DNA from: Sminthopsis crassicaudata
Taxonomy: Eukaryota
DNA length: 64,000 bases
NCBI RefSeq assembly: GCF_048593235.1
Contig: NC_133623.1
Location: 1,550,001 to 1,614,000, forward strand
Direction: 5' to 3'
The notes under the pieces were generated by a model, which searched no databases, was not told the origin of the DNA, and saw nothing but the letters and a program-made list of their open reading frames with translations. The first letter of the stretch is position 1, and every line of letters begins with the position of its first letter. The position numbers and the translations under genes were made by a program. Positions 37,983 to 52,400 of the stretch are shown here, one piece after another.

Positions 37983-38050
37983 CCGGAAGCGGCCTCGGCG
38001 CCGCTTCCGGCTTCCGGCTACCGCGTGCCCGCCCCGGCGGCCGGAAGCGG
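37983..38050. promoter_or_regulatory. USP11 promoter/5' leader: four ETS (GABPA-type) CCGGAAG sites in a CpG island
   Basis: ccggaag at 37983 and 38041; cttccgg at 38004 and 38011. Confidence 0.7.
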
Positions 38051-38970
38051 CGCGGCCTCGGCCCGCCCTCCGCGGGGCGGGCGCCCTGGCGGGGCGGGCG
38101 CGAGGGTGGCGCGCGCGCGACGCCGAGGCCGGGCCCGGGGCCGCGCCGGGCCCGCAGTAACGGTAGCCGGCGGGAGCGGCGGAAGCCGCGCGCTCTCGGG
38201 GACCGGGGCTTAGCGGGGCCGAGCGGGGCGCGGCGGCGGCGGCGGCGGCGAGCGCGGCCGGGACCGGGGCCCGCTTGGGGGCGGGGCCCGGAGGGGGCCG
38301 GGCCGGCGGCCTCTTGGCTCCGGGGCGCTCCGCGGGGGGCTTCCCCATGCACTGCGGGGCGTTCGGGCCCGAGGGGGGGCCGGACGACTGAGGCTCGCTT
38401 TCTCGCTCCTTCGGTGCTGCAGTTGCTGCTGCTGCCGCCGCCGCCGCCGCCGGTGCAGCCGCGCCGCGCTCCACCCCGCTCCGCAATCCGCAGCAACCCG
38501 GGCCACACGAGGCTACGCGCCGCGCCGCAGCCCGCCAGGCGCCCAGCTGCCTGGCGAGTGCCCGCCCGCCCGCCAGGCGCCCCACCCCCGACGTCAGAAT
38601 CCCGCCGAGGGACGGTCGGCCGGCGCCGCTGCGCGTTGGTCGTCGCTGCGCCCCGAGGGCTCGAGCTGCTGCCTCCGCGCGGTCTTGGCTGCGGCCGTGG
38701 CGGCTACAGCCTCCGCCTCCGCCCGCGTTCGGACCCTCTCTCCGGTCCCCTCCCCGCCCCCCCCCCCGCGCGCACGCAGCTGGCGCCTAATCTATGCTGC
38801 CCGAGCAGCCCTCGATGCGCCCGCCTCGTGGTGTGCGGAAAGGGGGCCGCGTCGGCTGGCCCCGGGATAGGCGGTACGAGCGCCAAGTCGTCGTTGTGCG
38901 GGCGGACAGACAAACAGACGGAGGCAGGCACGCACGCACGCACGCTCACTCGCTCGCCTTCACTTGAGCC

Positions 38971-38976
38971 TTTAAT
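38971..38976 (-). terminator. Probable CDK16 polyadenylation signal ATTAAA
   Basis: Minus strand gctgtatgaactattaaaggctc with upstream UGUA; the first canonical-type hexamer I found after the stop codon. Confidence 0.6.
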
Positions 38977-40184
38977 AGTTCATACAGCGACCAGGGTGTA
39001 CAGGGGAGCCGAGCCCCCCTCCTCCCGCCCCCCGCGCGGGAGCCAACGCCCCGCCCCGCACGGGCCGGGGCGAAGGAAGAGAAGGAACCGTCCAGGGGCC
39101 TGAGGCCCCAGCTCCCGGTGGTGGGAGCAACTCCCTCCCTCCCCTGCCCTGCCTTCCAGTTCCCCCCTCTCCCGGAGCCCCGTCTCTGCCCGTCGGCACC
39201 GAGGGGGCGGGGGCGGGGTGGGGAGGTGAGCAGGGGCGGAGCGTCGATTCGGGACACCGAGAAGGGGGCCACGGGGGAAAGGGCGGAGCCAGCCCGGCGG
39301 GATCCCAGACCTGGCCTTCGGGCACCTCCCGAGCCCCTAGCGGAGAGCTGCGAGAAAGAATCTCACCCCTCCCCTCGGCCCCCAGGTCCTTCGTCGAGCC
39401 CCCGGGCTGCAGGGAAAGGGGCGGGGAGGAGAGGAGGGGCTGGAGCCGGGCCAAGGTCCCGGCCTTCTGATTGGCCAGCAGCTGGGGAGGTGGGGGACAC
39501 TCGATGCACATAATACTAGGGGCCTACGCAGGGGGCGGGGCAGGCCCAGTCGTCTGGCATGTTACGGATATCATTACGTTTAAAAAATAAAATCCTCATT
39601 CAAAATAATAATATTTTTTTTTTTTTTTTAAAAAGGACAAATGGATGGAGGGGACGCAGGAGGAGGCTGGGGCCGCAGCAGCCCGTCTCGGAGCGCAGGA
39701 TCACCTCCGCTTGGGGGGTGCCCGAGACCTTGGCCCGCCTCCTTCCCTCCCAGTCTCCCTCCCACTCCTCGGGGGCTGCAGGGGAAAGATGAGCACAGAA
39801 AGGAGGGTGTCAGTGGGGGGGCTGCCGCCCCGAGCCGGAGGCCGCCCCGGCCGCGCTGTCCGATGACTGGAGGGAAACAAACAGACAGCAGACAGCGGAG
39901 GGAGGGAGGGAAGAGCTTTGTTAGCACCCTTCCACAAGTCGGGTGGAGGAGAGTGGGGGGCGGGGGAGGCAGCTGAGCCAGGAGCAGGCAGGTTAGTGGA
40001 GGGGCCTGGCAGCGGCGAGGTGCGAGCTGTGCGGGGAGGGGGGGGGGAAAGGGCGGGGGAGAGATAGGTAGAGAGCAGGACTGGCTCCACTGCAGCCCTT
40101 CTCCCAGCGGCCTCCGTGGGCCTCCGGAGGCTTCAGCCTCCAGCCAGTCACCAGCACCTTCTCAAAGCCAGTTGCCCCGAGGGC

Positions 40185-44402
<4,218 letters not shown>

Positions 44403-44756
44403 GGTGACCTGGGGGAGGGGGCAGACTAAGTCCCTGCTCCCCAAGGCTTCTCTGGGGCAGGGTCTCCGAGGGCAGCAAGCCCACCTGGCTGGCAAGAGTC
44501 GGGTGGCTGGCCAAGGGCATGGAGCCTCCTCCCTGTGTGCCACCCTGCCCCATAGGCTGGCTGGGGGAGGAGCCCAGGGCCCCCCGACAGAGCTCATCGG
44601 GGGAAAGGGCAGGTTGGGCAGGGGGTTCGGCTTCTCCCGCATGCCCCGCAAGTCGGCCCCGGATGCGGCCATAGAATGGTATGTTCCGTTGGCACCAGCC
44701 CCACATCCCCCCCAACTGCCAGGGGACGGAATGTTCCCACTGCCCCAGGGAATCAC

Positions 44757-44785
44757 ATGACCCTGGCAACGGTTGCCACGGGGAC
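44757..44785. promoter_or_regulatory. Tandem RFX X-box motifs in CDK16 intron 1
   Basis: ATGACC-CT-GGCAAC (44757-44770) and GTTGCC-AC-GGGGAC (44772-44785) versus consensus GTNRCC(N0-3)RGYAAC. Confidence 0.55.
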
Positions 44786-45689
44786 TAAATTGGACAGTCC
44801 CATAGGCCAGCTAGGGGGGGGGAGGGGGGGCTCGGGAGAGAGGGGGAACTAGCTAGAGACCTAGCTCCTGGACCCAAGAGCTTTAGGGGCTGTTTCCCCC
44901 ACCCTCCTTCTTACTTGAATAGGGCAGCTCGCAGAATGACCTGTCTGTCCTCCCAGCTGCTGGGTAAGGAGATTCAATAATGAGCATATAAGGAGTCCCC
45001 CACCCACCCCCAGAAAAGCCAGGTGGGACAGGAGCTGGAGTTCCCTTCACTTTCTTCCCCAGGGTCTCCCTAGTCCAGTTCTAGGGTTCCTCCTTCCCGC
45101 CTGTGACTCCCCACAGAACAGCAGAGTGGCCCGGGGAAGCAAGCTTTAAGGTTGAGCTTCAGCCTCACCGCCCCCCCCCCCCCATCCCAGGCAAGAAAGG
45201 GGGTGTTCCTCTATCTCGGGCCTAGCCCTGGTTGCAGGGAGAGGCCCTGGCTGACTCAGCAGCTATAAATATCTCAGCAAAGGCTGGCAGGGGGGCCTAG
45301 GCCTGGGCTTTGGCAGGGACGGGAGAGGATCTGCAGGGCCGAGACCATGGAGAGGCTTCGGGGCTAGAGCCTGAGTACTGGCAGGGAAGGGACAGAGGGG
45401 ATCTTGGGGAAAGGGAAGGACGTTCGGGGAGACCTCAGGATTCTCTGTGTGCCCAATGTATTAGCTGCCCGGTCTTGGCCCCAGATGGTCCGAGGCCCCA
45501 GAGGAGAAATGCAGCCAAGCGGGATGTCTGGAGGTACCAGATGCTTGGGGAAAAATAAGGAAAGGGAGAGCAGGAGGTCAGGTCAGGGAGCTGCCCCATT
45601 CCTGGGAAAGCCGGGCCGGCTAAGGCCATTCCCAGCAGAAAGCAACTGTCCCCTCTTCCTAATGGAGCTTTTACAGGTTCGAGTTCACT

Positions 45690-45790
45690 TGAGCCTCATG
45701 TTACAGATTAGGGACCAGGGAGTCAGAGGTTCTGATTTCATGGTTACGTGGCAAATGGCCCGAGTGGGACTCCAAACCAGGGCTTCTTGC
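45690..45790 (-). mobile_element. Degenerate MIR fragment
   Basis: cctcatgttacagattagggaccagggagtcagagg resembles the reverse core. Confidence 0.45.
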
Positions 45791-46299
45791 GGCACTTAGG
45801 TTTCGGAGTTGGCCCCCACTGTCTCCTCTATCGCCCTGGTCACTTTGCAAGGTGGAGGTCTGCAACCTTGTCCCTTGACCCAGGAGTCCGGTTTCCATAG
45901 GGTCCGAGTAAGCACCATCCTCTGCTTTCCCTCTCAGCGGGCCAAGAGCCCTGAGAAATGGGGGCGGGGAGCTCGAGCCTAGGAATGGCAGGAGCTAAGG
46001 AAACAGTTGATGGCCTGCTGATGGGAAGGCTGGCAGGAGGGAGGGACTTTTGTGTCTAGGATGCAGAAGAATTTCTGGAGCTTGCTGGAAAGGTACCGAC
46101 TACCCAAAATATCCAAGAACGGAACCAAGGTCATATGGTGGGCTAGCAGCTGGGACTTCTGCCTTCTGATGTCCACCTGACCGCCTGCTTCTCGGGAGGG
46201 AGAGGAGCCCCTTGAATTTCCAGATGCTGCTGGAAGAACCTCTTCTTATGTAGAAGGGAGCCCATGGGACCCGGGGGGCTGGCCAGGGAGCTTCCCCAG

Positions 46300-46455
46300 G
46301 CAATCAGGTGCTGTACTCTGTGCAAGCTGCAACTTCCATTGCCTCCACCAAAAAATGGGAATGATAGCCTCTACTTCCCACAGCGGTTGTGGGGGTTAAA
46401 AGACAATCCACATAAAAGTCTTTTGCCAAATTGTAGAAATGCATGTTATGATGAG
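46300..46455 (+). mobile_element. Degenerate MIR fragment
   Basis: aaaaatgggaatgatagcctctacttcccacagcggttgtgggggttaaa matches the MIR core and 3' part. Confidence 0.6.
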
Positions 46456-46689
46456 GATTTCTGTGGAAGAAGACTTTTAAAGGAATGGGGGGGGGGGGAG
46501 TTTTATAGGGAAGCACTTTAGAATTACCTAAGAATCTCATTCCAGGGGAAGGGAGGAGCCTCCTATTCCCGTTAGGGGCCATATTACTGAGGATGGGCTT
46601 TTTTTCCCCCAAGAGGGTGGGGAAGGAGGAAGCAGAGAATCCTGACAAGTCTTGGGGGAGAAGAAAGGAAGGAGTCCTTGAAGAGTTGG

Positions 46690-46845
46690 GGATCACGGAA
46701 TTAGGGTTGGAAAGGCCCTTCAGCATCACTTAGCTCAATCTCACTTCACAGAGGAGGCAAAGGAAGCTCCAATTGACTTGCCCAAGGTCACACAGGTAGG
46801 AAACGGCAGAGCCAGCATTTAAGGCAAAGTCATCGCACTGGAACA
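46690..46845 (-). mobile_element. MIR3/MIR-like fragment
   Basis: gggttggaaaggcccttcag...tgacttgcccaaggtcacacag. Confidence 0.65.
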
Positions 46846-47202
46846 AGCCCTGCATGCACCACACTGCCTCTTGTTCTTGGGGAGCCTGGGGAACCCCGAG
46901 GAACCGATTGCTGAGGACTGGAGGACTAGAGATCACTCATTCCTTCCCCCCATTTCCCACAGGATCTTGGGGTGCTAGGTAGACAGCGGACCAGGGTAGG
47001 AGACTGGGGGTGGCTCTAGAAGGCAGGGTTTGGGTGGGATGAGTGGAGGGCAGAGTTCCAAGGTGGCCACACCCCCCCCCTTTTCCCCCAGGCCCCAGTG
47101 CATTGTAGGAAACTCCCAAGCTCGCATCCTCCGGCCTGGGCCCCCTCCCTTCGGGGGATAAAAGGAGGGGGGGGTGGCGGCGGGGGAGGGGTGGGCGCTT
47201 AC

Positions 47203-47850
47203 CGGAGGCAGCGGGGGTGGGGACGCGCGCTGGGGCGCGGGGGCGCGGGGGGCCTCAGTGCTGCGGGCCCGGCGCGGTGGCGGCTGCGGCGGCGACGGCC
47301 CCCTGGGCTCCGTGGGCGGCGGCTCCGGGCAGGCCCCGGAGGCGGCGGCGTCGGCCCCGGCGGCGGCGGCGGCGGCGCGGGAGGTCCCAGTAGTCGTCGG
47401 CCATGGCGGCTGGGCTCGACCCGCCCGCGTCGTCCCGCTCAGCCGCCCATGGGCCTGGCCGCCGCCGCGGAGCCCCAGGAGCGAGATCCCGATCGCGCCG
47501 CGCTGCGCCCTGCGCCCTCGCCTGGGCCGGTCGCTATCCCTGGCGCGGTTCCCGTACCGACTTCGAGCCCGGGTCCCCGCAGCCGCCCAAGCAGCTGCGG
47601 CTCAGGCACCTGCGCACAAGGCCCCGCCTCGGGGCCAGGAGGAGGAGGAGGAGCCCGGAACTTCCCACAGGCTCGGCCTCCGGGAGGGGGGAGAGCGGGG
47701 ACGGGAAGAGCTCGGTTCCGAGCCGAGGCCCCGCCGCGCCGAGCCGAGGGCCCCCGGGAGTAAAAGGGAAAGCCCTCCGAGCAGACTTGGTACAGTCCCA
47801 GGTGTCGGCGGGGGCGGTTCGGGCGGAGTCACGGACGGCGGCGGGTGGGG
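47203..47850 (-). other. CDK16: CDK16 first exon (5' leader) in CpG island
   Basis: Donor CCG|gtaagc at 47203/47202. Splices to acceptor cag|GTCACC ATG at 44408. 5' end approximate; CCAAT boxes near 48035 and 48113. Confidence 0.7.
47255..47404 (-). CDS. Upstream ORF, 49 aa, Arg-rich ([27 protein letters not shown]...PQH)
   Basis: GCCGCCATGG perfect Kozak at 47404; TGA at 47257-47255. Below the 60-aa cutoff of the ORF track. Confidence 0.55.
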   Translation of the reverse strand: MADDYWDLPRRRRRRRGRRRRLRGLPGAAAHGAQGAVAAAAATAPGPQH

Positions 47851-48984
47851 AGGAAGGTTGAAAGAGGAGAAGACGGGATTTATTCGGGGGCGGTGTCAGT
47901 CGACCGGCAATCTCTCAGGCCGCTCAGGAGAGGTTAAGAACGTCAGGCGACAGCAACGGCCGGTTCCCAGGCGTTCCCCTGGCTCGAACCAGATACACAG
48001 GACCTCAGCTGACAGCTCCTCCCCGCTGCCCCAGATTGGTACGTCCTTCCTCCGGGCTCTCTTCACTCTGGCTCCTCCCCGAGGGAGGGGCCCGTCCCCT
48101 CCCAGGAACTTGATTGGCCAGAGACTCCTTTTCCCACCTCCTGCAATCTCGCCCCCTAGGTGCGCAGTTCCCGGTTTGGCCCTGCCCTCCTTCTTCCCAC
48201 CCCGCCCCCTTCAGTCCCAGGCCCGGTTCCATCTGCCGACCCAGCCCCCGAATCTCCGCCGGGCCCTCGGCGACAATCGCACCGGGATCTCCGAAGCCTG
48301 CCCTCTCTCCCCTCACTTGTACGGCGCTGCTGCCGCAGGGCTACCCGGACCTTCGGCTCGCCCGCGACCGCCGCCTCTTACCGGCGGAGGGCAGGGGCGG
48401 GGAGGGTGTATGTGCAAGTTTCACTTTTGTTCTTTTGGATTCTGACTCTCTCCCGTGCTGACTGGCATCCTAAAGGCCTTCAGAGTGGCTTTTCTCCCTG
48501 CTCAGCGTCCGCTCCTGAAGGGCTGCCTAGTTTGCTGGCAAACTTGCCTTTCCGGCATTTGTCAGGGCTCGCCGATGTTCCATTCCATACCATATTTAGC
48601 CGTTCCCCAAGAGTTTCCAGATTTGGGCGATCACCAGGAAAAGATGCTCAAGGAGCTTTGCACATATGGGTTCTTTTCCTCCTTTGTGGGCTTAAACCCG
48701 ACAGTCGCCTGACTGTGTCATAGGCATTGCAAAGATAGAAAACCCATAAAATTCTCTGCAATATGGTCTTGAGTCTGCCAGAAACAATGCTGAGTATAGA
48801 GCCAATGCTTTTCCACCTTGGAGAGAGACCTGTCCCGAATGACACAGTCTTCCATGCCCTCTGAAATGACTGTCCCTCCCCCGAGATTCATGGGAATCTT
48901 GAACAAATAAAAGTTACCCAAACAGAGTTTGGGGCTTAACATTCCAGAAGAGTCACCACTCAGTTTCTTCCTATGATCGATACC

Positions 48985-49180
48985 TTTTTTAAAAATAAAG
49001 GTTTTTATTTTCGAAACACAGCACAATTTTCAACACTCACCCCTGCAAAACCTTATGTTCCAGATTTTTTTCTACCACCCTCCCTTCCCCCCTCCCTACA
49101 GGCAAGTAATCTAATATATGTTAAACATAGGCAGTTCGATTATACCTATTATTCACAGTTATATGATCAAGATCTTAAGC
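48985..49180 (-). mobile_element. Old L1 3' end
   Basis: ttttatttt...caacactcacccctgcaaaacc...ccctccc L1 3'UTR terminus. Confidence 0.7.
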
Positions 49181-49409
49181 TTGACTTTCCAAAGAAAATA
49201 CTGTCCTTAAGTGGGCTCTGGCACCAATCAGTTCGCTTGGGGAAAGACAGTGAATAATTCCATCTAAACAAACAGTTTGGTTGGCACTCTTCCTCCATTT
49301 CAAAGGAAGGCTTTATTACCATTTTCCCAAAGGAAAAATGTGGGAAAGGGTTGGGACTAGAGAAATATATATTTTTTAATATTTCTAAAGAAATAAAAAA
49401 AGGAGATTT

Positions 49410-52400
49410 AAAAAAAATTTATTTTATTATAGATTTTTATTTACAAAACACATGCATGGGTAATTTGTCAACATTGACCTTCCAAAGCCTGTTCCAAATT
49501 TTCCCCACTTTTTTTTTAAATTTTAAAAGTAATTTTATAATTATAATTTTAAAATTGATTTTATAATTATATATTTTTGACAGTACATATGCCTGGATAA
49601 TTTTTTACAACATTATCTCTTCTACTCACTTCTGTTCCAAATTTTCCTCTCCTTCCCTCCACTCCCTCCCCTAGATGACAGGTAATCCCATACATGTTAA
49701 ATGTGTTATAGTATATTCTAGATACAATATATGTGTGGAGAACCGAATTTCTTGTTGCACAGGGAGAATTGGATTCAAAAGGTAAAAGTAACCTGGGAAG
49801 AAAAACAAAAATGCAGTTTACACTTATTTCCCAATGTTCCTTCTCTGGGTATAGCTGATTCTGTCCATCATTGATCAATTGGAATTGAATTAGATCTTCT
49901 CTTTCTTGAAGATATCCACTTCCATCAGAATCCATCCTCATACAGTATCATTGTTGAAGTGTATAATGATCTCCTGGTTCTGCTCATTTCACTCAGCATC
50001 AGTTCATATAAGTGTCTCCAAGCCTCTCTGTATTCCTCCTGCTGGTCATTTCTTACAGAACAATAATATTCCATAACATTCATATACCATAATTTACCCA
50101 ACTATTCTCCAATGGATGGACATCCATTCATTTTCCAGTTTCTAGCCACTACAAAAACGGCTGCCACAAACATTTTGGCACATGCAGGTCCCTTTCCCTT
50201 CTTTAGTATTTCCTTGGGATATAAGCCCAGTAGTAGCACTGCTGGGTCAAAGGGTATGCACAGTTTGACAACTTTTTGGGCATAATTCCAAATTGCTCTC
50301 CAGAATGGTTGGATTCTTTCACAACTCCACCAACAATGCATCAGTGTCCCAGTTTTCCCACAACCCCTCCAACATTCATCATTATTTGTTCCTCTCAGCT
50401 AATCTGACAGGTGAGTAGTGGTATCTCAGAGTTGTCTTAATTTGCATTTCTCTGATCAATAGTGATTTGGAACACTCTTTCATATGAGTGGAAATAGTTT
50501 CAATTTCATCATCTGAGAATTGTCTGTTCATATCCTTTGACCATTTATCAACTGGAGAATGGTTTGATTTCTTATAAATTAGAGTCAGTTCTCTATATAT
50601 TTTGGAAATGAGACCTTTATCAGAAACTTTAACTTTAAAAATATTTTCCCAATTTATTATTTCCCTTCTAATCTTGTTTGCATTAGTTTTGTTTGTATAT
50701 AAGCTTTTTAATTTGATGTAATCAAAATCTTCTATTTTGTGATCAATAATGATCTCTAGTTCTTCTTTGGTCACAAATTCCTTCCTCTTCCACAAGTCTG
50801 AGAGGTAAACTATCCTATGTTCCTCTAATTTATTTATGATCTTGTTCTTTATGCCTAAATCATGGACCCATTTTGAACTTATCTTGGTATGTGGTGTTCA
50901 GTATGGGTCCATATCTAGTTTATGTCATACTAATTTCCAGTTTTCCCAGCAGTTTTTGTCAAATAATGAATTCTTATCCCAAAAGTTGGTATCTTTGGGT
51001 TTGTCAAAAACTACATTGCTATAGTTGTATACTATTTTGTCCTGTGAACCTAACCTGTTCCACTGATCAACTAATGTATTTCTTAGCCAATACTAAATGG
51101 TTGTGGTGACTGCTGTTTTATAATATAGTTTTAGATCGGTACAGCTAGGCCACCTTCATCTGATTTTTTTTTTTTCATTAATTCCCTTGAAATTCTCGAC
51201 CTTTTGTTCTTCCATATGAATTTTGTTGTTATTTTTCCTAGGTCATTAAAATACTTTCTTGGGAGTCTGATTGGTATGACACTAAATAAATAGATTCGTT
51301 TAGGGAGTATTGTCGTTTTTATTATATTCCTTCAGCCTATCCAAGAGCACTTAATGTCTTTCCAATTATTTAAATCTGACTTTATTTTTGTGGTAAGTGT
51401 TTTGTAATTTTGCTCATATAATTCCTGACTTTCCTTTGGTAGATGGATTCCCAAATATTTTATACTGTCGACAGTTGTTTTGAATGGAATTTCTCTTTGT
51501 ATCTCTTGCTTGTGGATTTTGTTGGTGATGTATAAAAATGCTGAGGATTTATGTGGATTTATTTTGTATCCTGCAACTTTGTTAAAGTTGTGGACTATTT
51601 CTAATAACTTTCTATTAGAATCTCTGAGATTCTCTAAGTATACCATTCTATCATCTGCAAAGAGTCATAGTTTGGTTTCCTCATTACCTACTCTAATTCC
51701 TTAAATCTCGTTTTCGACTCTTATTGCCGAGGCTAGCATTTCTTTCTTTCTTTCTTTTTAATTATAAATTTTTTTGACAGTATATATGCATGAGTAATTT
51801 TTTTTATAACATTATCCCTTGTATTCATTTTTTGAAATTATCCCCTCCCTCTCTCTACTCCCTCCCCTAGATGACAGGCAATCCCATACATTTTACATGT
51901 GTTACAATATTACCTAGATACAATATATGTGTGTAAATCCCATTTTTTTTGTTGCACGTTAAGTATTAGATTCCGAAGGTGTAAGTAACCTGGGTAGATA
52001 GACAGTAGTGCTAACAATTTACATTCACTTCCCAGTGTTCCTTCTCTGGGTGTAGCTGTTTCTGTCCATCATTGATCAACTGGAAGTGAGTTGGATCTTC
52101 TTTATGTTGAAGATATCCACTTCCATCAGAATATATCTTCATACAACATTGTACAGCGATCTTCTGGTTCTATTCATTTCAGTCAGCATCAGTTGATGTA
52201 AGTCTCTCCAGGCCTCTCTGTATTCCTCCTGCTGGTCATTTCTTACAGAGCAATAATATTCCATAACCTTCATATACCATAATTTACCCAACCATTCTCC
52301 AATTGATGGACATCCATTCATCTTCCAGTTTCAAGTTTCATTTCTAATACAATATTGAATAGTAATGGTGATAGTGAGCAACCTTGTTTCACTCCTGATC

